11,642 nt of DNA from assembly GCA_964617525.1 (NCBI GenBank), contig CAZTWG010000012.1:1-11642 (forward strand), read 5' to 3'. The notes beneath the pieces are model-generated. The model was not told the origin of the DNA. It did no database searches and saw only the letters and a list, made by a program, of their open reading frames with translations. The stretch's first letter is position 1, and the number at the start of each line of letters is the position of its first letter. This DNA comes from an uncultured Gammaproteobacteria bacterium. GTDB lineage: Bacteria; Patescibacteriota; Patescibacteriia; UBA2591; UBA6264. A program made the translations under genes and the position numbers. Below are positions 1 through 6,873 of the stretch, piece by piece.

Positions 1-28
1 TATATTTATATTATATTGTCTTAATAAT

Positions 29-39
29 ATTATGGTAAT
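29..39. repeat. Third copy (half-site) of the 11-mer ATTATGGTAAT, identical to 51-61
   Basis: ATTATGGTAAT occurs exactly at 29-39 and 51-61, with starts 22 bp apart (about two helical turns). An inverted copy lies at 66-74. Confidence 0.5.
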
Positions 40-50
40 TATATGAGGTG

Positions 51-74
51 ATTATGGTAATATTATACCATAAT
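51..74. promoter_or_regulatory. Perfect 9-6-9 palindrome ATTATGGTA-atatta-TACCATAAT; candidate operator for a dimeric DNA-binding protein
   Basis: The reverse complement of 51-59 (ATTATGGTA) equals 66-74 (TACCATAAT) exactly. The site overlaps the -10 hexamer and predicted start site of the minus-strand promoter at 62-90. It does not look like a terminator, because no T-run follows it on either strand. Confidence 0.4.
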
Positions 75-90
75 AAAAAATAATTAACAA
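62..90 (-). promoter_or_regulatory. Near-consensus sigma70-type promoter reading leftward, with an extended -10, for a gene beyond the left window edge
   Basis: The minus strand reads TTGTTA (90-85), a 17-nt spacer ending in TGG, then TATAAT (67-62). That is a TGnTATAAT extended -10 with a perfect hexamer, and a -35 matching TTGACA at 4 of 6 positions. The target gene is not in the window. Confidence 0.35.
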
Positions 91-125
91 GAGTCTTAAA
101 TTTTTTTGCTAATTATTATTAGATT

Positions 126-141
126 GTATGCTCCCGCATAC
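126..141 (-). terminator. Small hairpin GTATGC-tccc-GCATAC downstream of the DUF389 gene; weak terminator candidate
   Basis: 6-bp perfect stem with a 4-nt loop, 65 nt past the TAA stop (206-208, minus strand). No U-tract follows it on the minus strand, so it is not a canonical intrinsic terminator. Confidence 0.2.
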
Positions 142-205
142 TCTATATATTGTAGATTATATGGAAACATATCAATATTTGCCATTGTGGATAATTTTTT
201 AAAAT

Positions 206-907
206 TTATTCCGCGTCTACTGCCTCTTTGGCTACGATTTTTTCATCTTTCTTAACTTCTTTCTTAATTTTCTTTCTATAGGAAGAAAAGTTAGAGGTAG
301 CGAAAACAAATATAGAAGCTATTAAAATTCCAATTACATTTATTGCAAAAATATTAAAAGATTGCTGAATCATACTGGGATCTAAAAGGGACAAAGCAAT
401 GCCTAACGCGCTCATAGGTGGGACTAGAGCTACGGATATGGCGATTCCGGGCATTGCTTCGTTCATGTTCGGTTTTACTATGGCTAAAGCTCCAGCTAGC
501 CCTGAGATTACGGCTACTATAAAATATCCTATCGAGAGGTCTTCAGCGAAAAAAAAGAGATTACCTATATTCTGAGCCTTTTCTTTAAATATTAACCCCA
601 CTCCGGCGCTTAAGGCTATACAGAGAGCGAAGGATTTGCTAATGGTTACAATTGACCTAAGTATTAATTTTTTGTCTAAAATTACGACGCCGAGGCCTAG
701 GCTTAATATTGAATAAAGTAGGGGGGCAACAAGCATGGCGCCTATTAGGATTGGAGTGTTATTTAATATAATACCAAAGCTAGCCATTAATGCTGATAAT
801 GCTGTCATCGTAAAAAAATCTCTTCTTGGAGAACTATTCTCAATAAGGTCTTCAATTATTTTGTCTTTTTCGTTGCTAGTAATGTTGTTGAAAATTGCTT
901 TTAACAT
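206..907 (-). CDS. DUF389-family (TIGR00341-like) integral membrane protein
   Basis: 233-aa ORF with about 6 hydrophobic segments. Motifs ILIGAMLVAPLL and PGIAISVALVPPMSALG resemble the conserved DUF389 hydrophobic-domain motifs. It has a Lys-rich C-terminal tail. It lies 21 bp downstream of the nucleotidyltransferase gene on the same strand, so it is probably co-transcribed. The product call is from memory of the family, not from a search. Confidence 0.65.
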   Translation of the reverse strand: MLKAIFNNITSNEKDKIIEDLIENSSPRRDFFTMTALSALMASFGIILNNTPILIGAMLVAPLLYSILSLGLGVVILDKKLILRSIVTISKSFALCIALSAGVGLIFKEKAQNIGNLFFFAEDLSIGYFIVAVISGLAGALAIVKPNMNEAMPGIAISVALVPPMSALGIALSLLDPSMIQQSFNIFAINVIGILIASIFVFATSNFSSYRKKIKKEVKKDEKIVAKEAVDAE

Positions 908-928
908 AGTTTATTTTTTATATCTTAA

Positions 929-1657
929 TTATATTGTTTTATTTTGTTTATTTGCCATAAAGCAGGCTGCTTGATGGAGTGACTTAAATGTGCCAGCATC
1001 ACTTAAAAATTTGTTTAATATTCTATATGTGACTATGTCATTTTTTACATAGAAATTATTAATATCTGTAATTTCATATTCGCCACGTGTTGAGGGCTTA
1101 ATTGTTCGGATAATATCAAAAACTTGTTTGTCGTACATATAAACACCTGCTATAGCCAAATTAGATTTTGGATTTTTTGGCTTTTCTTCAACGCTAATAA
1201 TCTTATCGTCTTTTATCTCTGCTATACCAAATCTGCAAGGGTCTTCTACTTTTTTTAAAAAGAAACGTGCTCCGCCCGTTTGTTTTTTAAAAATTTCAAC
1301 ATCTTTTTTAATTGATTCCTCAATAATATTATCCCCAAATATTAAGATAATTTTTTCTTTATTAGCAAATCTTTCAGTTATTCTAAGGGCATCTGCCGAG
1401 CCCAATCTATTGTTTTGGACAATATATTCAATATGCTCCAATTTCCATTCTTTGCCGTTTCCCAAAAGGCGTTTAAAAGCGCTGGCATCTCTTTCATTAA
1501 TCACAATCATCACTTCTTTGATGCCCGCTGAACGCAATGTTTCCAATGGATAACAAATCATTGGCTTATTGTAGACTGGCAAAAGTGTTTTATTAGTTAC
1601 TTTTGTGCAGGGCAAGAGCCTGGTGCCTTTGCCTGCCGCCAAAATTATTCCTTTCAT
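929..1657 (-). CDS. Sugar-1-phosphate nucleotidyltransferase, short form (glucose-1-phosphate thymidylyl/uridylyltransferase-like)
   Basis: 242-aa ORF. The N-terminus MKGIILAAGKGTRLLPCTKVTNKTLLPV matches the GxGTRLxPxT...K signature of the NTP_transferase family (RmlA/GalU type). Downstream FGDNI and VEEKPKNPKSNLAIAGVYMY (EKP...SN.A..G.Y) motifs are typical of RmlA-like enzymes. Sugar and nucleotide specificity cannot be read from the sequence. Confidence 0.85.
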   Translation of the reverse strand: MKGIILAAGKGTRLLPCTKVTNKTLLPVYNKPMICYPLETLRSAGIKEVMIVINERDASAFKRLLGNGKEWKLEHIEYIVQNNRLGSADALRITERFANKEKIILIFGDNIIEESIKKDVEIFKKQTGGARFFLKKVEDPCRFGIAEIKDDKIISVEEKPKNPKSNLAIAGVYMYDKQVFDIIRTIKPSTRGEYEITDINNFYVKNDIVTYRILNKFLSDAGTFKSLHQAACFMANKQNKTI

Positions 1658-1675
1658 GATTAATTATTTACTTAA

Positions 1676-1704
1676 TTGTTATTATCTTTAATCTATGATA
1701 ATAT
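1676..1704 (+). promoter_or_regulatory. Candidate sigma70-type promoter for the Wzy_C-TPR gene; geometry predicts a leaderless transcript
   Basis: TTGTTA (1676-1681), a 17-nt spacer containing TG at 1696-1697, then TAATAT (1699-1704). It has the same -35 hexamer and TGn architecture as the promoter at 62-90. A start about 7 nt downstream of the -10 falls on A1711 of the ATG. Such hexamers are frequent by chance in AT-rich DNA. Confidence 0.3.
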
Positions 1705-1710
1705 ATAATT

Positions 1711-3720
1711 ATGATGAGCACAAGATTAGAGAATATTCTAAAATGGATAATTAAGATTGGGGTAGTGGCGATTTTGTTTTTGCCACTTTTTGTATATAAG
1801 CCAGTTTTCTATCCTTATGTTTTTTCTAAAATTATTATTTTTCAAATTATAGTAGAGGCTATTTTTGTTGCTTGGGTATTCCTTCTCTTTTATGCAAAAG
1901 ATAGAAAAAAATACAAGATAAATTTTAAAAATCCTTTGATATTAGCGCTTACTATATTTATAGGTTTTTTAATTTTAACTTCTTTTACTGGCGTGGATGT
2001 TGGGAAAAGTTTTTTTAGTACTCAAGAAAGAATGACGGGGGTTATAACAATGATTCATTTTTATTTGTGGTTTATTGTTTTATCTACTTTATTCCGGGAG
2101 AAAAGAGATTGGATGATTTTTCTTTGGTCAACATTGTGTTGTTCTTTTCTGTTGGGACTTTATGGTCTAGGCCAAAAAATAGGATTATCTTTTTTACTAA
2201 AAAATGGCGCTAAGAGAATGAGTGCTACTTTGGGAAACCCAGATTTTCTGGGAGTTTATTCTTTGATGCATATCTTTTTAGCTGGCATATTAATGTCTTG
2301 GCTAAAGAAAAAGATTTGGAAAATTTTAGCTTTTATTCTTTTGATTTTTAATTTAATTATTTTATTTCTAACTGCAACCAGGGGAGCTATTCTTGCTTTT
2401 GGAGTTTCCCTTTTTGCTTTTTTGCTTTTTTTGATTTTTAGAAAAAAAACAAAAAAGTTTTTAAAAATCTTATTGCTAATTTTTCTATTAATAGCAATTG
2501 GTAGTAGTATATTTCTTCGTGCGAATAGAAATGAAGATTGGATGGGAAAGGCTCCACTTGCTGTTCGGCGATTAACCTCTATTACAGCTACATCTAATAT
2601 AGAACGATTAAAGTCTTGGAATATTGGGTTAAAAGGATTTAAAGAAAGACCTATTTTGGGTTGGGGGATTGAGAATTACAATGTAGTCTTTAATAAGTAC
2701 TATGACCCTTGGTATCTGACAAGAGGAGAACAGGCGACTTGGTTTGACAAAACACATAATCAGATTATTGATTTATTGGCTCTAACAGGTATTCTTGGGA
2801 CTTTATCATATCTGGCTATTTTCTTTGTTCTTTTTTGGTTGTTAAGAAAAAAATATGTAAACAGAGCTAATGCTGGAATTGATGTCATATTGTTAGCTTG
2901 TATGCTCTTGGCGTATTTTGTCCAAAACTTATTTGTTTTTGATACTCCCGCTTCTCTGCTTCTTTTCTATTTTAGTCTATCCTTTATCTATTTTTTAACT
3001 TCCTCGCAGGTAGGACGTGGACAAGTTAAACCAGTAATCAACAACCAGCAATCAACAACTAATTTTCCTTTGCCGGTTTTGATATTTTTGATTATTCTTT
3101 TTGTCCCTTTTGCAATGTATAAGTTTAATATTGAGCCATGTCAACAGAGTAAATTTGGGATACGCGCTGTTCATGCCACTAAAATTGATTTAAGGTCTGG
3201 ATTGTATTGGTACGGAAAATCATTAAGTAAACCTTGTTTTACGAACACGGAGATTAGAACTCAATTAGCGAAACAGATTAATGAAGAATACAAAAAAATT
3301 AATAAAGATACTTCTGATGCAGATTTGCAAATTTTAGCTCAAGCAACGGAACTAACGATTAATGAATTTAAAAAGAGCGTTATTGAACATCCTAGAGATG
3401 TTCGTCAATTCTTGTATTTAGGGCAATTATATAATTTAGCTACTGGATATAACAGGGGATACATTGATGACGCTAAGGAGGTCTTGTTACGCGCGAAAGA
3501 ATTATCTCCTCGACGTCAGCAAGTATATTATGCATTAGGTAGGGCATATTTAGGTGCTAAAGAATATGAAAAAGCTGTAGAGATTTTTAAACAGGCATAT
3601 ATTCTAGAACCAAAAGTTGGATTGTCTCGCAAAAATTTAAATATAGTATTAAAGGTATTAAAGCAAAATAATTCTAATTTAGTTCCTGATCTAGAAGAAT
3701 TTTTAATTGAAAAAAAATAG
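1711..3720 (+). CDS. O-antigen ligase/polymerase-like (Wzy_C domain) polytopic membrane protein with C-terminal TPR domain
   Basis: 669-aa ORF. Residues about 1-470 carry 10 or more hydrophobic helices. The Wzy_C-type core lies at about aa 205-375 (TATRGAILAF, GWGIENY, THNQIIDLLALTGILG with a conserved His). After a final TM helix (aa about 452-470) there is a soluble roughly 200-aa tail. That tail contains TPR-like repeats at aa about 563-636 (LYLGQLYNLATGY...AKEVLLRAKELSP; VYYALGRAYLGAKEYEKAVEIFKQAYILEP). Confidence 0.8.
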   Translation: MMSTRLENILKWIIKIGVVAILFLPLFVYKPVFYPYVFSKIIIFQIIVEAIFVAWVFLLFYAKDRKKYKINFKNPLILALTIFIGFLILTSFTGVDVGKSFFSTQERMTGVITMIHFYLWFIVLSTLFREKRDWMIFLWSTLCCSFLLGLYGLGQKIGLSFLLKNGAKRMSATLGNPDFLGVYSLMHIFLAGILMSWLKKKIWKILAFILLIFNLIILFLTATRGAILAFGVSLFAFLLFLIFRKKTKKFLKILLLIFLLIAIGSSIFLRANRNEDWMGKAPLAVRRLTSITATSNIERLKSWNIGLKGFKERPILGWGIENYNVVFNKYYDPWYLTRGEQATWFDKTHNQIIDLLALTGILGTLSYLAIFFVLFWLLRKKYVNRANAGIDVILLACMLLAYFVQNLFVFDTPASLLLFYFSLSFIYFLTSSQVGRGQVKPVINNQQSTTNFPLPVLIFLIILFVPFAMYKFNIEPCQQSKFGIRAVHATKIDLRSGLYWYGKSLSKPCFTNTEIRTQLAKQINEEYKKINKDTSDADLQILAQATELTINEFKKSVIEHPRDVRQFLYLGQLYNLATGYNRGYIDDAKEVLLRAKELSPRRQQVYYALGRAYLGAKEYEKAVEIFKQAYILEPKVGLSRKNLNIVLKVLKQNNSNLVPDLEEFLIEKK

Positions 3721-3764
3721 AAAAAATGTTAGAGTAACAAAGATAAAGTTAATAAAATATTTAT

Positions 3765-5048
3765 ATGACAAAAATTAAAGACATTAAATCACGAGAGATT
3801 TTGGATTCACGCGGAAATCCCACTATTGAAGTTAAGGTTATTTTAGAAAATAACATCCAAGCTAAAGCTGCCGTTCCCTCTGGTGCTTCTACCGGCAAGC
3901 ATGAAGCTTTGGAATTGAGAGATAATGATGTTCGTTATTCTGGCAAAGGAGTTCTTGATGCTTGTCAAAATGTAGAAAAAATAATTGCCCCTGTGTTGAT
4001 TGGACGGGAGGTAGATGTTATGGGGATGGACCAGAAAATGCTGGCCCTTGACAACACTCCAGATAAGAGCAAATTGGGCGCTAATGCAATTTTAGGTGTT
4101 TCTTTAGCCGTAGCTCGCGCGGCAGCTAAAGATGCTGGCCAACCTTTGTATAAATACATCAGAGAAATTTATGATGTTTCTTCTTCTAAATATATTTTGC
4201 CAACTCCTTTGTTTAATATCATAAACGGTGGGATTCATTCTGATTCAGGATTAGATGTCCAAGAATTTATGGTTATTCCAATTAGTCCAAAAACATTTAA
4301 AGAAAAAATGAGAGTAGGGGCTGAGATATTCGGAGCATTAAAAGAAATTTTAAGAAAAAAGGGTTTAACTTTTGCTGTAGGGGATGAAGGGGGGTTTGCC
4401 CCCAAGCTTAAAAATACTCAGGAAGCTTTTAATCTTTTGGTCGCGGTTACAGAGTTTACCAAACATACTTTAGGCGAAGAGATATTTTTTGGCGTTGACG
4501 TTGCTGCTTCGGTTTTTTATAAAGAAAAAATCAAGAAATATATTTTTGAAAAAAGAAAACATTCTAGTGATGATATGGCAAAGATTTATTGGAGTTGGAT
4601 TAAAAAATACCCATTATTATTTCTCGAAGACCCTTTTTCTGAAGATGATTGGGACCCTTGGACTTTATTAACCGAGAAAGTTGAGGCATTAGACCAAAAG
4701 ATATTAGTAGTGGGAGACGATTTATTTACTACAAACATAAAACGTTTACAAAAAGGCATTGACAACAAATCGGCTAATTCAATTTTAATTAAATTAAATC
4801 AAATTGGAACATTAACAGAAACAATGCAATGCATTGCTCTTGCCAGAAAAAACAATCATAAAGTTATCATCTCTCATCGTTCTGGCGAAACTAATGATAC
4901 GTTTATTTCCGATTTAGCTGTTGCAGTAAATGCCGATTTTATTAAAACAGGAGCGCCCAACAGAGGAGAGAGGGTGGCTAAATATAATCGTTTAATGGAA
5001 ATAGAGGATGAATTATTTCACATCCACCAATGGCCCGAAAGAAAGTAG
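3765..5048 (+). CDS. eno: Enolase (phosphopyruvate hydratase)
   Basis: 427-aa ORF. The N-terminus is SREILDSRGNPTIEV. All catalytic and metal motifs are present: QEFM, GDEGGFAP, DVAAS, LEDP, GDDL, IKLNQIGT, SHRSGET, IKTGAPNRGERVAKYNRL. Confidence 0.97.
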   Translation: MTKIKDIKSREILDSRGNPTIEVKVILENNIQAKAAVPSGASTGKHEALELRDNDVRYSGKGVLDACQNVEKIIAPVLIGREVDVMGMDQKMLALDNTPDKSKLGANAILGVSLAVARAAAKDAGQPLYKYIREIYDVSSSKYILPTPLFNIINGGIHSDSGLDVQEFMVIPISPKTFKEKMRVGAEIFGALKEILRKKGLTFAVGDEGGFAPKLKNTQEAFNLLVAVTEFTKHTLGEEIFFGVDVAASVFYKEKIKKYIFEKRKHSSDDMAKIYWSWIKKYPLLFLEDPFSEDDWDPWTLLTEKVEALDQKILVVGDDLFTTNIKRLQKGIDNKSANSILIKLNQIGTLTETMQCIALARKNNHKVIISHRSGETNDTFISDLAVAVNADFIKTGAPNRGERVAKYNRLMEIEDELFHIHQWPERK

Positions 5049-5052
5049 AGAA

Positions 5053-5073
5053 AACTGACCCGACGGGTCAGTT
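5053..5073 (+). terminator. Perfect 9-bp stem, 3-nt loop hairpin (AACTGACCC-gac-GGGTCAGTT) 5 nt after the eno stop; terminator or RNA-stability element candidate
   Basis: The reverse complement of 5053-5061 equals 5065-5073 exactly, and the stem is GC-rich for this window. It is followed by ATGGAGG rather than a U-tract, so it is not canonical. It sits at the head of the longest internal spacer in the window (170 bp). Confidence 0.35.
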
Positions 5074-5168
5074 ATGGAGGTTATACTTGGTTTGTAAAAC
5101 TTAAGCATCAAGCACCAAATAATAAATAAATTTTAATAACCAAAGCGGAAAAATTGAGATTTAGGATT

Positions 5169-5196
5169 TTGATATTGTTTAGAATTTATGGATATT
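5169..5196 (+). promoter_or_regulatory. Candidate promoter for gpmI copy 1
   Basis: TTGATA (5169-5174), a 16-nt spacer, then GATATT (5191-5196), about 22 nt upstream of the ATG at 5219. It lies in the 170-bp spacer downstream of the eno hairpin. The match is moderate and the background is AT-rich. Confidence 0.25.
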
Positions 5197-5218
5197 TTTT
5201 ATTAGAGATGATATTTAT

Positions 5219-6799
5219 ATGATAAATAAAACCCAAAAGACATCACGAGTTATGTTAGTAATTTTGGATGGCTGGGGTGTAGCTCCAACTAACGAAGGCA
5301 ATGCTATCGAGCTGGCCCAAAAGCCCTTTTTTGATATTTTGAAACAAAAATATCCATATACTGAACTCTGTGCACACGGTCGTAGGGTTGGGTTACCAAT
5401 GGGTCAGCCTGGGAATTCTGAAGCCGGTCATTTAAATTTAGGCGCTGGAAGAATTGTTTATGACGACGCTCTAAGCATTAATAAGTCTATTAAGAACGGT
5501 AGATTTTTCAAAAATCCTGCTTTTTTAGAGGGAATTTCTCACCTGAATAAGTATAAGTCTAAAGTTCATATTATGGGCTTGGTAACAGAAGAAAACAGCG
5601 CGCATTCTTCTCCTCAGCATTGGTTGGCTATGATTGATTTTTTAAAAATGCAAGGAGTGAAAGAGGTCTTTTTGCATCTTTTTACTGATGGGCGTGATTC
5701 AGCCCAACATGCGGCAATTAGGATTTTAGAAAGATTTGAAGATAAGGTAAATGGTAATCATTTTGTTAAAGTTAATATTGCTAGTGTTGTTGGGCGATTT
5801 TATGCTATGGACAGAGTTAAAAAATGGAAAAACATTGAGAAGGCCTACAATCTATTAGTTAGTGGTGAGGGCTTTAAGGTTTCTAGCGCTAAAGAAGCAA
5901 TTGTGTGTGCGTATAACCGCAAAGAAACTGATGAATTCATTAGCCCAACGGTTATTGTTGATTCTAGAAAAAAGCCAGTTGGCTTAATAGAGGATAATGA
6001 TTTGGTTTTTTTTATGAATTTAAGGTCAGACCGCGCTAGAGAACTAAGCAAGGTTTTCGTTCAAAAAAATTTTAACAAGCAAAACCCTCAATCTTTTAAG
6101 AGAAAAAAACGACCATCTAATTTATTTTTTGTAGCTTTAACAGATTTTGGACCAGATTTGGATGACATCAGGACGGCTTACCCTAGTCAGGACATTGAAA
6201 AAACTTTGCCCATTGTTTTGACTGGATATAGACAGATATATATTGCGGAAACAGAAAAATATGCTCATATTACTTTTTTCTTTAACGGAGGGCATGCGCA
6301 TGCAGTGTCTAACGAAAAGAGGATTATCATTCCTTCGCCTGATGTTTTTTCTTATGACTTGTGCCCAGAAATGAGTGCAAATAAAATTTGCCAAAGGATT
6401 TGTCAAGAAATTAAAACTTATCAACCAAATTTTATTGCTCTTAATTTTGCTAACACGGATATGGTTGGACATACTGGTAACCTAAAAGCAGCTATTAAAG
6501 CAGTAGAATGTGTAGATAATAATTTAAAAAAATTAGTCAATTTAGCTAAAAAAGAAAAGTATTCTATAATTATTACCGCAGACCACGGTAATGCAGAAGA
6601 AATGATTGATTTAAAAACGGGAGAGATTAAAACTACTCACACTATCAATCCAGTCCCTTGTATCTTGGTAAGCTCAGAGTTTAAATCCGTAAAATTAAGA
6701 AACAATGGTAGCTTGTCAGACGTAGCACCGACGATTTTATATTTAATGGGGATTAAAAAACCAAAAGAGATGAAAGGGCAAAATCTCATTAAAGCGTGA
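5219..6799 (+). CDS. gpmI: 2,3-bisphosphoglycerate-independent phosphoglycerate mutase (iPGM), paralog 1
   Basis: 526-aa ORF with the full iPGM motif set: VILDGWG, GNSEAGHLNLG (phospho-Ser, Ser67 here), FTDGRDS, GRFYAMDR, LRSDRARE, ETEKYAHITFFFNGG, NFANTDMVGHTGN, TADHGNAE, HTINPVP. It ends in TGA. Confidence 0.93.
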   Translation: MINKTQKTSRVMLVILDGWGVAPTNEGNAIELAQKPFFDILKQKYPYTELCAHGRRVGLPMGQPGNSEAGHLNLGAGRIVYDDALSINKSIKNGRFFKNPAFLEGISHLNKYKSKVHIMGLVTEENSAHSSPQHWLAMIDFLKMQGVKEVFLHLFTDGRDSAQHAAIRILERFEDKVNGNHFVKVNIASVVGRFYAMDRVKKWKNIEKAYNLLVSGEGFKVSSAKEAIVCAYNRKETDEFISPTVIVDSRKKPVGLIEDNDLVFFMNLRSDRARELSKVFVQKNFNKQNPQSFKRKKRPSNLFFVALTDFGPDLDDIRTAYPSQDIEKTLPIVLTGYRQIYIAETEKYAHITFFFNGGHAHAVSNEKRIIIPSPDVFSYDLCPEMSANKICQRICQEIKTYQPNFIALNFANTDMVGHTGNLKAAIKAVECVDNNLKKLVNLAKKEKYSIIITADHGNAEEMIDLKTGEIKTTHTINPVPCILVSSEFKSVKLRNNGSLSDVAPTILYLMGIKKPKEMKGQNLIKA

Positions 6800-6873
6800 G
6801 AACATAGGTTGTATTTTGTACAATATTTGTATCTGTATTTATTTGGAAATTAAAAATTAAGTAAAGTATTATT

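Noticed and set aside
735-974. 79-aa plus-strand ORF overlapping the 5' end of the DUF389 gene and the 3' end of the nucleotidyltransferase gene
   Set aside because: It is antisense to two ORFs with recognisable family motifs. The translation is a low-complexity hydrophobic shadow (Ile/Leu/Phe-rich), typical of the reverse frame of AT-rich membrane-protein genes. It has no promoter or RBS context.
2415-2456. Homopolymer runs (T6-T7, A8, A6) inside the Wzy_C-TPR gene as possible slipped-strand phase-variation tracts
   Set aside because: A8 runs also occur in unrelated places in this window (for example 549-556 and 3710-3717). They encode Lys/Phe-rich segments normal for this AT-rich genome. 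Nothing distinguishes them as contingency loci.
5075-5098. Perfect GGAGG (5077-5081) and micro-ORFs (ATG...TAA of 7 codons; TTG-started of 5 codons) just after the eno hairpin
   Set aside because: The possible peptides are 5-7 residues with no conservation argument. The GGAGG is the only one in an intergenic region but has no credible ORF behind it. Most likely chance, or part of the hairpin-flanking RNA element.
6800-6873. Independent promoter or terminator between the two gpmI genes (TTGTA-ttttg-TACAA weak inverted repeat; TTGTAC and TTGGAA -35-like hexamers)
   Set aside because: The stem is only 5 A/T-rich base pairs. No -10 hexamer at proper spacing gives a start site upstream of the ATG at 6874. 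The simplest reading is co-transcription of the two paralogs.
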